Of a stretch of 64,000 nt of DNA, positions 40,781-55,024 are shown in pieces (the first letter of the stretch is position 1; every line of letters starts with the position of its first letter). The stretch is taken from positions 186,001 to 250,000 of the forward strand of contig NIVC01001660.1 in assembly GCA_002269645.1 (NCBI GenBank), read 5' to 3'. Made by a program: the position numbers and the translations under genes. The notes beneath the pieces are model-generated. The model did no database searches and was not told where the DNA came from. It was given only the letters and a program-made list of their open reading frames with translations. This DNA comes from Macrostomum lignano. Lineage: Eukaryota.

Positions 40781-41756
40781 GACTCTATACTAACAAAATG
40801 GAACAATTCTTTTTGTACATCAACCGCCAAAAAAAGCTTTCGTGTATATCTCTAATTCTCTAATACCTCTAATTCACTAGTTAGAGTAGTATGCTCAGAT
40901 AAAAACAATTCCTAGAAGTGCAACACAACAGCAACGAGATTTAGATACGCTCCGTTCTTATAACTCAATTTTGAACTAAAACAAATGCCAGCCACTTACC
41001 GGCTTATTCCGATTTGTCTTTTGATTTTTTTGCGGGTTTACAGCGACCTGGAAAAGTAAATATATAGGTAGTTAACTTTGGCTCTAGTACTCTGATTCGG
41101 TGATGGTAACTCCTGGACTATAACTAATTAATAATAATATAGTAATTAACTAAAAATTGCCTTACCACTGGCTATAATACGATTTCACGGAAGGCGTTAC
41201 GCGAGGGTGCCCGCAACCCTTCTGCAATTATTATTGTTATCATTATTATTATTAGTATTAATATTATTTTTATTGCTATTATTATTATTACTATTATTAT
41301 TACTATTATTATGACTTTTTAGTGTGTTAACTTGTGTTAAGACATTGCATATTACTCTGATATGTTCTATTTATGTTATATTTTAATAGGTCAATCCCTA
41401 TTCCTTTCTAGAATTTTCTAGAATGCTTCTTAATTTCGTACAGCAATTGTCTGAATTCCCCTAAGTTAGTTGGTTAAGAGCAATACATGCATGTTGACGG
41501 CTTTTTTCGTGACCAATGAGGTCCGACCCCTCCCCCCCCCCGAAGGCACAGAGTGTACATGCCTGACGACTAGAAAGTCGATTAATTTGCTGCCGAAAAA
41601 AGCCGTCCACATTTTTATTGTTCCCTTCTGTCTATGGTTGGGATAGCTCAATCTGTATAAAGTATTGCTCTTTTCTGTCTATAGTTGAATGCAAGACTTT
41701 CATTAAGCCAATGGATAAATATGCATTTATTTAATTCTTTAAATAAAGAAATAAGT

Positions 41757-41898
41757 CTGGGAGCACTTATTTCGCGCATTTCCTTCCCTGATTTCCTTCC
41801 CCGTCAGCAGTGACAAAGCTGGCGGCGCTACTTTCCGAGTCAATCATTCTTGCTTATTAACGGCTTTTAAAACAAATACGCGAAATAGGTGCTCCCAG
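41757..41898. mobile_element. Small TIR element (MITE-like)
   Basis: CTGGGAGCACTTATTTCGCG ... CGCGAAATAGGTGCTCCCAG (19/20 inverted match); no TSD found. Confidence 0.55.
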
Positions 41899-43712
41899 GA
41901 TTAAATTGAATGGAACGAAACAGCATATTTGGCCATAGACATATCTCTAGTGTCGGCAGAATGAATTGGAATTCTCTATTGCGGATTAAATTAAGTGATT
42001 CTAGGACCAAATTGACAGGGAAATGCTATAATCAGCGGTCCCAGTGCGTGACAACGATTGTCTGGCGAGCTCCGGTAGGCGCGAGCCATAGACAAATCGT
42101 TGTTACGTGCTGCGACCGCTGATTCTTTGCATTGTTTTTTCTGTTTGACGATCCTACAGACAATGCATTGTTTGTAGTAATGGATTGTTCTGCATTAAAA
42201 ATGTGAATATTGATCGTCAAATTGCTAAACAATGTTATAAGCTTAAAGTCAAATGCAACGACCGGTTAATATTAACAACCAAACAATAAAACTGCTGCCT
42301 TTAGTTTAGTTTGCAAGAGTAAACTCTTTTTTAAAATCTACTTAGGTAAACAATTTTGCTAATAATTGAAAAACCCAACTTATTCTAATAACATGTGCGT
42401 ACTGGGCATCTCTTATATTCATTACACACTCTGATCTTTTCCACTTGCGATATGATATGCTGTAGTACAGGACTCAGTTGCAGATCACAGCTTGAGCAAT
42501 TATTTATCAAACACCGCGCCCTCTGATTTTCTACTATAACGTGTAACTGCTGTTTAAAACAAAAACTACAATAACAAGCCCAGAAGTCAATAATCTTTGC
42601 GATTATACAGCAAAACCAAATCCTCTTCCAAGTTAGAACTTTTTTTCCTACGTCAATAATGTTTTTAATATGTCTAACTTTGTTAAAATATAAACCATTG
42701 TATATTATAAATAATATAATAGATAAAACCAAACAAAACAGTCAAATTTTCAAAAGTTTCACCTACCTTCTCTGCTGTTGGAAGCGAGTAGCAGAAAGCA
42801 GCGCAGCAGTGTTGAGCAGTACGCTTCAACAGTTTTTTAACCCGGTTTCAAAGCAGCGCATTTCTGCTCTCAACTCTATCCTATTTATACACAAATTGTG
42901 CCCGCACTTATCTCGCATCGCCTTTTTTGTATCCGCATCGGACCACTTTTTTATTCCATTGAAATTGAAGGGGCTGCAAATTCTAAACGGAAAATTCTCA
43001 GAAGATGCTCAGAAAATTCTCAAGTTCGCGCAAAATTTCCACTGTGCCCCCCTCTTTCTCTCATTGTCTCTGTCTGTAATGGTACTTTAATGGCAGGCTC
43101 ATAAATGCTTATAAAAGTCCGACTCTTGCACTCAGGCACCCAGGTTCGACCTCAGGCCGCACGCGGCCACAATAATTTGTGGGCCTCGTGCACGAAATTC
43201 GTCCCGGGGCTTGTCGCACAATATCATTCCATGATGGTCAACCCCCGAGGCACAGAGTGTGCACTACCCGACGATGGGAGAGTTAGGACCGCTGTACGCC
43301 CCGCTTGAATGCGTGCCTTAAATCCGTGTTCTCAAAGCTAGCGGAGTTGGCATTTTATTTTCCACCTCGCTAGCTGCGGGCCCCGGTAAGCTAACTGACA
43401 CACAATGGTAAGGTTAGCAAGAAACAGCCCTGTTTTAAAGTGCTTTGCGAATTTTGTTTCTTTAAGCAACCAACTAGTTGCTCGCACAATTGAAGCTGCT
43501 GCCCCCCCCCTGGATAATACCAAAAAAGCCTGTTCAGTAGAGCTTCGGATCATCTTTGGGGCGAATTTAATAGGTCTTACGAGTTAGCAATGCATCTCTG
43601 GAGCCTATATCGCTCGTAAAAGTAATGTCCTGCGAGCTAGGCCCAAGAAAAAAAAATAATATAGCTGCTAGCATATCGCTGGACCGAGCGATAGAATTTG
43701 GTCGCACTATTG

Positions 43713-43987
43713 TGTATTGTGGGCTGGCAGGAGTGGCTATTGTGCCATTGCTTCAGTGTAGACTCGCTCAGCTCTTTAAAAATGGGAGGGTTGGCGTTTT
43801 GGAAAAAATCGGTAAAAGACAGAGACAAAAAAATTATTTAAACGTTTCTGTATTGTGTGGGCTGGCACGAGTGGCTATTGTGCCATTGCTTCAGTGTAGA
43901 CTCACTCAGCTCTTTGAAAACTTGAATTTTGGCGTCTTGAAAAATATTCGGCAAGAAACAGAGACAAAAGAAATATTTAAACGTTTT
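43713..43987. repeat. About 136-bp direct duplication
   Basis: TGTATTGT(GT)GGGCTGGCA.GAGTGGCTATTGTGCCATTGCTTCAGTGTAGACTC.CTCAGCTCTTT.AAAA occurs twice. Confidence 0.85.
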
Positions 43988-44084
43988 TATCTTTCGACGG
44001 CAGTCATGGCAGGCAACCCGGTGGAGCTCTATTTATCTTTCTAGTGCCAGCTGGCTAGAGCAGAATTTTTTGATGCGGATATAG

Positions 44085-47000
44085 CGAAAAAAATATTTTA
44101 ACAGTCTTTTTTAGCTATCTATAGGTGCCGAAAAAAATTCCGAGACATATCCTTGTGTCTAGCTAATTCTCTAGAAGACAAAATAATTAAGGGGAATTTG
44201 CACGTTTTGGCGTTGTGAGCTGAAAAATATTGTAGAAAATAATGAACTGTAATGAGGTAGACTCTAATGGATATTGCATTTGGCTTCAATAAGTATCGAG
44301 GAAGCAAAGCTCGTTTGTCCACACCGACATCTTATGTGACTGGTTTTAGCGTGATGGCACAGCTAGTTAGCTGGTCCATACCTTTCGTTGCTTTTACATC
44401 AGTCGTGTGGATTAAAGACTCAATTGATGGCGGTGGCGTGAACGAGCCTTCAATGCTCCCTCTATGTGCGTTAGCTGCCATACAGAGCGACCTCGATAAA
44501 GATAAGCTAGTTTCCCCAGCCTGAAATTTTTTGCTACTTTTACATTCGTGAACTTATCCACTTGTTTGCCAAGTAAGTGAGGCAAGTGGCACCATTTTCA
44601 ACCGAAAAGCTGAGTGTGGTAAGACGCACAAGTACGAGTTGGATTGTGCTACGAGCTATTCTAGAGCTTCTAGGGATTCTTTCGTCTTAACTGTTAGAGT
44701 CAGTACAGAGATGAGCACTGTTGCATCCAAAACCCTTAGCAGATAGAACACTTAGAGTGTACAAACGTACATTTGCTTTGATGAAAATCAAAGACAGTGT
44801 AAGATATGGCAAGAATTCTATAGAGAGCTTTAGCATCTCGGCTGTCATGGACCTTGGGGAGGGGTTGTTCATTTGCTCGTTGCTTGATGAGGGTGAGGGA
44901 GATAAGATGGCTGAAACGCCCACAATGACGCCATCTCATCATCCAAACTGGAAAGAGAATTACTGGCTCGAATAAAAGAACTCTTTTCCATGCTGCAGAT
45001 CTTTCGGCTTATTTCAAGGTACTAAAATGGGTGTCATTTGCTGTATACAGTATATATCTGATAGCTAGCTTCGTTTTTTTGCCAATTTGAAATCACTCTT
45101 AGTCTGAGCGGTTATTCGTCCAGTAACAAATTAGCAAAGTAAGTGAGCGACTGTTTTGTATACAAATTCTTTTATAAATTCACTCAGTACGAGCTGGCTG
45201 GCAAAACACCTGTATTCTGTGTTTTGACTTAAATGTATCAAATTTTCAAACCAGTGATTATGCACTGCTACATAAGGCACCGTTTAGCTAGACCTCCTTG
45301 AACTGTATTTTAAAGAAGGCGTTAACTCAGAACCCTTTGAAATGTATACGAGTAGGCAAGGCGCTAAAATATTTGTAAGAACACACAGGTATGCAAATTA
45401 TTGCGCCAAGAGGATGGGTTCAGCCCCTTACACTTAACGCCTAAGTGAACCGTTTTATTGTTTATCCCAAAATGGACGTTTTTGTACGCGTACTTGTATT
45501 TGACATATTCTAAACAGAACCTAGAGTGAACCAACATATGCGCTGACGAGAGCACTAGACCACAATTATTGCCTTGTAACTTGAAACAATAGGTTAGGCT
45601 TGTAGCTTGCATCTTCGCTCGTTAAGTGCGAATTGTTAGTCCTGCATAAATATGATTAATGCATATATAAAAAGGATGTACGAGCTACATGTAGTATTTA
45701 AGGCAGTCAAATTTCCGCCGTCTTTTTCTCAGCAGTCAAATTGCTCGGCGGTCATTTTGTCCGCAGTCATTTTGCTGGCAGTCAAATTGCTGCAGTCATA
45801 TTGTCGGCAGTCATATTGCCGCAGTCATTTTGTCAGCAGTCATTTTGCTGGCAGTCATTTTGTCGGCAGTCAAATTGTCGGCAGTCAAATTGTGGCAGTC
45901 AATTGTCGTAGACCCGATTTTTTCGTTGCAGAAGCTCGAATGGATCGCACACCGTATCAAATGGCAGAGTGGGACGGTAAAATTCAACCTCCCCATTGTG
46001 TATACACTTGCGAGCAATTGAAAGCCTATATTAGTGTTGATGAAGAAACTAGTTCATTTTTGCACTTTTCCCTTCAAAGTTATGCACATCTTACTAATTT
46101 TTTGTTTTAATTAAAAAACCCAGGTTACAGCTTGCCTAAGTCTAACAGGGACGCACCACGAAGGGGGAGAGTTCTGAATCCAAGGACAGAAATGCGAGTA
46201 AGCGCCTTGGATAGACTCGCGGTTATCACTCAGCCGATTCGCGTCAAAAAAACAGTTTCGCTTGTATTTTCAGCCGTGAAGGCAGTTAACGCAGAGGCAT
46301 TTTGTGGCAGCAGTTTGGCGATTAGACAACTAACGTTGCACACAGGTACATGAAGAGCGGAGAGTAAGAAGCCGTCAGACAAAATTGACTAAGGGTGGGG
46401 GCTAGAGCTGATATAGCCTACGGCCCTCTGAGCGCAAAGCGAACTAAAGCCTGCACCTGCACTTTTCGTGCGAATGACGCTATTATTTACCCGGCTCAAC
46501 AAGTTCGAGCGCTGCTTAGCAACATCCATGGCTGAGCCCTACGCCAGCTTGCCGCGGACCTTTTTACAACGCAGAAAACTTACTGTAACAAGAGCCATGC
46601 AGTAGTTTTCGGCGTTGTGAAATTTTGAGTTTGTGAAAATCCTTGCGCAAGTGCTCGCTCTCACCCTATCCTTCGCAAATTACAACCCTTATCTCTCCCC
46701 TGGGCCTATAGATTGCTGTGGTGCTGCGCCATATCCTTTATCATTGCCGCCTATCTCCCCAGTGCAAGTGCGTCCGTGTTGAACCAACCCATACTACAAT
46801 CTGTATATAAATAGGATACAATTTGAGAATAGAAATACGCTGCTTTAAAACCGGTTTGAAAACTGGTTAGTCTAGCGGACTGCACACTACCGACAGAGAA
46901 GGTAAGTGAAGGTAGTCTGACTATTTTTTGGATATTCTAATTTCGGAATGGCTTTGATCACTTTATGTCAGTTTATATTTAACAAATTCAGACTTGTCGA

Positions 47001-47400
47001 ATAGTACTTCAGTACATGTATAATTCATGTAGGACAAAAAGGAGTTCGAAGTTAATTAAAAAGTGGGAAGATAATTTGATTTTGCTGTGTAAGTGCAGAA
47101 CTTTTTGACATGCCGGTAAAATCAGTCAAATAAGATGTCGGTGTGAACAAACGAGCTTTGCTTCGCCTTCCTCTATACGAGCTATAAGAAATAATTATTG
47201 AAGACAATTGCAGTATCCATCAGAGAGTCTATCTCATTGCAGTTCATTATTTTCTACAATATTTTCAGCTCACAACGCCAAAACGTGCATATGCTCCTGA
47301 ATTCTTTCGTCTTCTTTAGAGTATAGCTAGACACAAGGATATGTCTTGGAATTTTTTCTTGGTAATTATGGATACAAAAATATAGTTAAAATATTTTTTA
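44085..47400. repeat. Diverged inverted repeat pair of about 270 bp (44085-44350 and 47115-47400)
   Basis: GCACGTTTTGGCGTTGTGAGCTGAAAAATATTGTAGAAAATAATGAACTG and AAAGCTCGTTTGTCCACACCGACATCTTAT are mirrored on the opposite strand. Probably two copies of an old dispersed repeat. Confidence 0.7.
45702..45915. repeat. About 15-bp degenerate tandem array (GGCAGTCATTTTGTC) ending in GTAGACCC
   Basis: The terminal TAGACCC matches the right end of the 15103-15288 MITE; the left TIR is not recognisable. Confidence 0.75.
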
Positions 47401-48341
47401 GTTAAAATAAGTTTACCACCTAGTGAAGCTCAAAGTACTACTTTTATTCTTTATCCCAAACATGGACGTTTTTGTACTTATATTTGGCATATATTCTTGA
47501 ACAGGACCTAGGGTGGACCAAAATATACGCTGACGGGAACACTAAACCTCTTAATACCTTGTGACTTGAAACAACAGGTGAAGGCTTCTACTGATGAAGT
47601 GTTGCAATTTTTACCGTTGCTAAGCATATATTGAGTAATATTTCATCCAAAGTCGTGCCAAAACGTGCTTTTGATCCATTGATCCAAACGTATGTGAAAT
47701 TGAGCCATATAACTGGGTAAGACGCATTCTGCCTTTTAAGGAAACTAACCTTAAGTTTAATGCATTAATTGAAATACGTAACACACACTCTCATTGACTC
47801 GGAAATCCAACTGCTCTACAGCAACAAATTGTGCAGCCGGTTATTTACCCAATAAATATAATCGGCAAATTGCTTATCATCTTTGAATTGAATTGTTTAC
47901 CACCAATCAAGAGTGGTAATGTACAAGACAGTGTTACTGTCGAAAGAAACCAGTCAAATTTCTTGTTGTCCTTTATTTGAATCCAAAATAAGAAAACGTT
48001 TAAAAACGATTTACTGCTCACTATAAATATCAGACAAGATTGCTAGTAACCTTTGCATATTTAGCTATTATTATTATCGAGCATACTTGTAGCTTATAAT
48101 CTAGAACAAGTTTGCTTTTAAACCTGCATTTTATCCCACTGGTTTCTGCAGAAGCGCATCCCGATATTTATCGGTCTTGCCACATTACGAATCGGAGTGG
48201 CCCAGGCGGCCATCGAACACTGGAACACTGTGATTCGTCGCTCGGTGACATGTGAGTACGATTGTAGTATTTTTTTCCTCATCAATAACCTCAACTGAAA
48301 AAGTAGAAGGCATGAGGGGGCTTCTGGGACAAAATTTTTCA

Positions 48342-48557
48342 CGTCCTCCATAATCCCATTAAATCCATCCATATTATCCCTGACAGAATCAGAAAAAAGG
48401 GGGGTCGCACTCGCTCACAAAACGTCCTCCATAATCCCATTAAATCCATCCATATTATCCCTGACAGAATCATGAAAAAGTGGAGGGGTCGCACTTGCTC
48501 CGAAAACTTCGAACATAATCGTATTAAATCCATCCATATTATCCCTGACAGAATCAG
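48342..48557. repeat. Three dispersed-tandem copies of CATAATC.CATTAAATCCATCCATATTATCCCTGACAGAATC
   Basis: Repeated at about 48348, 48429 and 48514, just left of the P-like element. Confidence 0.85.
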
Positions 48558-48583
48558 TGCATAACAGATGTCCACTAACACCT

Positions 48584-51304
48584 CAAGGACCACTAGAAGT
48601 TACCGTTGTATCAGGACGCAACACTCGTAAATATTGCAAATTTATTTGAAGGCCCGCTTGTTTGCATTGCAGCTGAACTTTAAATGCTCATAACTCCGGA
48701 CTGGTTGCACTTAAAAAGATATTTTTTTTCGCCAGGTTGCTCAAAATTTTATTTTCTTTAACATGATGCAAAGTTTGGCGCTATATCTACATGTAGGAGC
48801 GGCGGGCGTACAGTAAAGTAACGGCAATACACAATATTTCATTGCATACAGAATGAATAAAGTTTCAGTTACTTCAATCATTGCCTCCTAGTCTCGATAA
48901 AGTAGCAGACCATACTTTATATCCTCCAGTTTGGAAGCTTTATAAAGCAGATAATCTGTACAGAGTTGAGTAGGCTGCAAAGGCATTATATACACTTCAC
49001 TATCAAAAACCAGTATAATCAAAATCAGGAAGGCATAATATTTCCGAAATCTTGGCACACCTGCCCAACAAGGACTCCAACATTCAAAATCTTTCTTTTG
49101 TTGTTGAAATGAACAGTAGGAGTCAAATAAAACTTGTACAGTATCACAACTTTATTTTTATTCAAGTTCACATTCGATATAAGAATATCTAGTTTCAGAA
49201 AAATGCATGCGAAATTAGAAAACAAAGTTAAAAACTAACAGTAAGCCAATGTATTTTAAACAATTGAACCTTCATATCAATCAACAATCAAGTCACATTG
49301 TCAAAAAGTCTCTTAAAATCACAAAACATAATTAATTACAGTACTTCACTATGGTAGCTCAGCAGACATTGATGGATGAACATCTAGATTGGATGACTCA
49401 GCACAACTGAAATGAAACCAATGTGGGATTAATAAATACATGCTTTGCAATGAACAACAAAATAAAAGCCTTGTTTCTAGTTAATGAATATATTTTCTCT
49501 ATAATCCAACATGTATGAAACAAAGTTTAGAATATCAAAATCATAGCTGGTTTAACTAACATGAAACTGACAAAATTAAGGTATATTGAATATAGATATA
49601 AAGGTGAATAGACAAGATATGAGAGATAAGAGAAGAGGAAGATGAGAGAGCAGAGAGGAAAGATGGAAAAGTAGAGAACAGAGGAAAGAGAAAAGACAAA
49701 GAGGAGAGGAAAGATAAGATAACAATGGAGAGAGAAGAGAGGAGAGGGAAAGAAGAGTAGAGAGCAGAGAATAGGCCTAGAAATAAGAGTTAAGATAAAA
49801 GAGGAGGGATAAGAGAGGAGAGAAGGGAGAGATGGCAAGATGATTTAGATGAAATGAAAAAACAAGAGAGAGAAAAGAGAAGTCTCAAAGAACCAGAGGG
49901 ATTAAGAGAGGAAAAACATTTTTTTGCATATTGAAGGTACTAACTAACATAAGAATGTCATGTAAGTAATGAATATATATATGCCTATATAATTAATTAT
50001 AAATAGAACCCTATATCTAACAAAATTTTCAACAAATTATCAAACCAATAGTGAAATATAGGAATAAAAATAAATAATAATAAATAATAATAATAATATA
50101 TATAAAGATTAAAGATAGGCCCCTAACTGAAAGCCAAAAGGTTTTTTGCAAATAAATAATTCTGTATTATTTTAATACAAAGAATTGCAAGCAAACAGAA
50201 ACTGCCAACTGGTAATAAAAGAAAACTAAAGAAAAAAGTTGCAGCAATATAACTTCTAAAAATAGGCCTAGGACTAGGTGCTATAAATATCCATATCTTT
50301 AAGATAGTATGTAGTACATTATAGTATTATTGTTAAAAGTAGAAAAAAGTATTTTAGTAAAAAATACATTCAGAAATTAAAAAAAAGCCAATATAATAAA
50401 CTTTAGCCTTGTTGTTCCTAGGCCTATGTGAAAACAACTTCAATAGGCCCTATGCTAAATTATATACTCAATACAAATTAAAGCATAGGTTAAGGGTTAA
50501 CTATAGCAATATCTTATTGGTTGGATAGATTAAAAACAAATAGTAAACTATCATTTGACTTGTCTGACACTAACATGTCATTAGGCCTAAGCATGAGTAG
50601 GTCCTATATGAGATTAGTCTTCAAGTCTTCCAATAATTGAATTTGGCATGATATATTAAATATATATAGGGAAATTATTGATTTGACAATTTTTACCTTA
50701 AAATAACTAGATCTAAGTTAACAAGCTAGGCCTATTTTAAAACAATAATAGAATATAATAAATCATGGTAGGCCTAGGCATAGTAGCTATAGGCCTAGCT
50801 GTTGTTAGGCCTACGCCTACTAGCTTTAGTGTGATAATGACAACTGCCATGACAGCAAAAAGCCAAAAGGCTAAGGTTAGGCCTATAAAGTTAGCATAAT
50901 AATATACTTGTTAAACTACTTTTTTGTTGATAGTTAATTAGTTAGAAGCCCATCTGATCCTTTTCTCAAGCTTTGTCGAATTAGTAGTTCTAGCACTTAG
51001 CAGTATATGTCAACTGTCTGCATAAAACCTTGGCTTAGGAAATTCTAAAACGAGTTTCATATAGTGATATAATTACTTAAAATATCTAGATTTAACAGAT
51101 TAAAGCCTAAATAAAGTATAAATACACCTATTTATGGAGCTTCTGAGGCTCAAATGTAGTGCATGCTTCTTTAAAACAGTCAAGTAGAATACTTTTTTGA
51201 AGGCAAGTACCGATAAATACACGTAAACAAGCGGGCCTTCAAATAATTTTGCAATATTTACGAGTGTTGCGTCCTGATACAACGGTAACTTCTAGTGGTC
51301 CTTG
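48584..51304. mobile_element. Non-autonomous P-superfamily-like DNA transposon, 2721 bp
   Basis: 80-bp TIRs (CAAGGACCACTAGAAGTTACCG...CCCGCTTGTTT, 1 mismatch) and exact 8-bp TSD TAACACCT at 48576-48583 and 51305-51312. CAAGG terminus plus 8-bp TSD fits P elements (hAT not excluded). No transposase ORF. Confidence 0.85.
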
Positions 51305-51494
51305 TAACACCTGTTATGTTCATTGACACCAACATCCACCCATAGCATCTTCGAAACAATCAGAAAACAATCTGCATTCTTATCCCCACATTCAATTCGC
51401 AACATGAAACCAGATCCCTAAGACTTTAAATCATCAGCGCAGGGTCCTTACCCTTTGAAAAAATCTAAATTTTCTCTGAATCTTGATTGTCTTT

Positions 51495-52180
51495 TATATG
51501 TTTACGAAGCTTCGTAAATTGAATTTTTCTGTCGCTAAAGATATTCACTCTAAACTACTACTTCTATTAGCAGTGGGTTAAAAATATATTTTAGCATTTT
51601 ATGCTTTTTCATTAAAGAGTTTACAAAGCTTCGTAAATTGAAATTTTCTTTCGCTTAAAATTTTCACTCTGAACTACTACTTCTATTAGCAGTGGGTTAA
51701 AAATATATTTTAGCATTTTATGCTTTTTCATTAAAGAGTTTACAAAGCTTCGTAAATTGAAATTTTCTTTCGCTTAAAATTTTCACTCTGAACTACTACT
51801 TCTATTAGCAGTGGGTTAAAAATATATTTTAGCATCTTACGCTTTTTTCATTAAAGAGTTTACAATGCTCCATAAATTGAAATTTTCTGTCGCTTAAAAT
51901 TTTCACTCTGAACTACTACTTCTACTAGTAGTAGGTTAAAAATATACTTTAGCATTTTATGCTTTTCACTCTGAACTACTACTTCTATTAGCAGTAGGTT
52001 AAATATATATTTTTGCATTTTCTGCTTTCTTATTAAAGAGTTTACGAAGCTTCGTAAGTTGAAATTTTCTGTCGCTTAGAATTTTCACTCTGAACTACTA
52101 CTTTTACTAGCATTAGGTTAAAAATATATTTTAGCATTTTCTGCTTTTTCATTAAAGAGTTTACGAAGCTTCGTCAATTG
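51495..52180. repeat. About 119-bp AT-rich satellite, about 5.5 copies
   Basis: GCTTCGTAAATTG recurs at 51509, 51628, 51747, 51867 (variant), 52049 and 52168. Confidence 0.9.
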
Positions 52181-52355
52181 GCAAAAAAACCGGAATATGT
52201 TGATTCAGTTATCATTTATTTTAATAAGCAGGCTTTGAAGTTAGAAGAGGCTTAAAAATTACAACCATAGTGTATTTAGATTAGCGACTTTAAGTCCATA
52301 ATATCAATGCTAAGTTGTTCAAAAGAGCTCAGTCATCCATAGCTGCTTGACTAAT

Positions 52356-54716
52356 TAACTAATTAACTATCAACAAAAAAGTAGTTTAACAAGTATATTA
52401 TTATGCTAACTTTATAGGCCTAACCTTAGCCTTTCGGCTTTTTGCTGTCATGGCAGTTGTCATTATCACACTAAAGCTAGTAGGCGTAGGCCTAACAACA
52501 GCTAGGCCTATAGCTACTATGCCTAGGCCTACCATGATTTATTATATTCTATTATTGTTTTAAAATAGGCCTAGCTTGTTAACTTAGATCTAGTTATTTT
52601 AAGGTAAAAATTGTCAAATCAATAATTTCCCTATATATATTTAATATATCATGCCAAATTCAATTATTGGAAGACTTGAAGACTAATCTCATATAGGACC
52701 TACTCATGCTTAGGCCTAATGACATGTTAGTGTCAGACAAGTCAAATGATAGTTTACTATTTGTTTTTAATCTATCCAACCAATAAGATATTGCTATAGT
52801 TAACCCTTAACCTATGCTTTAATTTGTATTGAGTATATAATTTAGCATAGGGCCTATTGAAGTTGTTTTCACATAGGCCTAGGAACAACAAGGCTAAAGT
52901 TTATTATATTGGCTTTTTTTTAATTTCTGAATGTATTTTTTACTAAAATACTTTTTTCTACTTTTAACAATAATACTATAATGTACTACATACTATCTTA
53001 AAGATATGGATATTTATAGCACCTAGTCCTAGGCCTATTTTTAGAAGTTATATTGCTGCAACTTTTTTCTTTAGTTTTCTTTTATTACCAGTTGGCAGTT
53101 TCTGTTTGCTTGCAATTCTTTGTATTAAAATAATACAGAATTATTTATTTGCAAAAAACCTTTTGGCTTTCAGTTAGGGGCCTATCTTTAATCTTTATAT
53201 ATATTATTATTATTATTTATTATTATTTATTTTTATTCCTATATTTCACTATTGGTTTGATAATTTGTTGAAAATTTTGTTAGATATAGGGTTCTATTTA
53301 TAATTAATTATATAGGCATATATATATTCATTACTTACATGACATTCTTATGTTAGTTAGTACCTTCAATATGCAAAAAAATGTTTTTCCTCTCTTAATC
53401 CCTCTGGTTCTTTGAGACTTCTCTTTTCTCTCTCTTGTTTTTTCATTTCATCTAAATCATCTTGCCATCTCTCCCTTCTCTCCTCTCTTATCCCTCCTCT
53501 TTTATCTTAACTCTTATTTCTAGGCCTATTCTCTGCTCTCTACTCTTCTTTCCCTCTCCTCTCTTCTCTCTCCATTGTTATCTTATCTTTCCTCTCCTCT
53601 TTGTCTTTTCTCTTTCCTCTGTTCTCTACTTTTCCATCTTTCCTCTCTGCTCTCTCATCTTCCTCTTCTCTTATCTCTCATATCTTGTCTATTCACCTTT
53701 ATATCTATATTCAATATACCTTAATTTTGTCAGTTTCATGTTAGTTAAACCAGCTATGATTTTGATATTCTAAACTTTGTTTCATACATGTTGGATTATA
53801 GAGAAAATATATTCATTAACTAGAAACAAGGCTTTTATTTTGTTGTTCATTGCAAAGCATGTATTTATTAATCCCACATTGGTTTCATTTCAGTTGTGCT
53901 GAGTCATCCAATCTAGATGTTCATCCATCAATGTCTGCTGAGCTACCATAGTGAAGTACTGTAATTAATTATGTTTTGTGATTTTAAGAGACTTTTTGAC
54001 AATGTGACTTGATTGTTGATTGATATGAAGGTTCAATTGTTTAAAATACATTGGCTTACTGTTAGTTTTTAACTTTGTTTTCTAATTTCGCATGCATTTT
54101 TCTGAAACTAGATATTCTTATATCGAATGTGAACTTGAATAAAAATAAAGTTGTGATACTGTACAAGTTTTATTTGACTCCTACTGTTCATTTCAACAAC
54201 AAAAGAAAGATTTTGAATGTTGGAGTCCTTGTTGGGCAGGTGTGCCAAGATTTCGGAAATATTATGCCTTCCTGATTTTGATTATACTGGTTTTTGATAG
54301 TGAAGTGTATATAATGCCTTTGCAGCCTACTCAACTCTGTACAGATTATCTGCTTTATAAAGCTTCCAAACTGGAGGATATAAAGTATGGTCTGCTACTT
54401 TATCGAGACTAGGAGGCAATGATTGAAGTAACTGAAACTTTATTCATTCTGTATGCAATGAAATATTGTGTATTGCCGTTACTTTACTGTACGCCCGCCG
54501 CTCCTACATGTAGATATAGCGCCAAACTTTGCATCATGTTAAAGAAAATAAAATTTTGAGCAACCTGGCGAAAAAAAATATCTTTTTAAGTGCAACCAGT
54601 CCGGAGTTATGAGCATTTAAAGTTCAGCTGCAATGCAAACAAGCGGGCCTTCAAATAAATTTGCAATATTTACGAGTGTTGCGTCCTGATACAACGGTAA
54701 CTTCTAGTGGTCCTTG
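52356..54716. mobile_element. Inverted, one-ended 2361-bp duplicate of the P-like element (copy of 48584-50944)
   Basis: Mirror coordinates sum to 103300 at both ends and at the duplicated ORFs (49025/54275, 49527/53773); ends in the same TIR at 54716. Confidence 0.92.
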
Positions 54717-54782
54717 GTTCCACATTCCACACTGTCGCGTGCTTTTTTACACAGCAAGCTCTGGCTATTTTTAGCACAAGAC

Positions 54783-55024
54783 ACACATATTGGGTGGGCC
54801 AATAATACACACGGTTTTTTCCTTCATTTCACACAAATTGGGTGGGCCAATAATACACACGGTTTTTTCCTTCATTTCACACATATTGGGTGGGCCAATA
54901 ATACACACGGTTTTTTCCTTCATTTCACACATATTGGGTGGGCCAATAATACACACGGTTTTTTCCTTCATTTCACACATATTGGGTGGGCCAATAATAC
55001 ACACGTTTTTTCCTTCATTTCACA
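54783..55024. repeat. 48-bp tandem array x5, possibly Maverick subterminal repeats
   Basis: TGGGTGGGCCAATAATACACACGG recurs at 54791, 54839, 54887, 54935 and 54983. Confidence 0.93.

Noticed and set aside
42385-42732. Cys-rich ORF as a zinc-finger or transposase tail
   Set aside because: Cysteine spacing fits no pattern I can name; AT-rich and probably a decayed relic.
43110-43160. tRNA gene or SINE head (GGTTCGAC B-box)
   Set aside because: No A-box or cloverleaf could be folded.
44350-44950. piggyBac-like transposase relic between the inverted repeats
   Set aside because: Only a vague ATKGMDQL similarity, no TTAA TSD, no continuous frame.
49527-49838. Hydrophobic 103-aa ORF (and its mirror at 53462-53773) as a membrane protein
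   Set aside because: Translation of a purine/pyrimidine low-complexity tract inside the non-autonomous transposon.
48584-54716. Single 6.1-kb Foldback insertion event
   Set aside because: Outer flanks differ (TAACACCT versus GTTCCACA), whereas the inner element has a perfect TSD.
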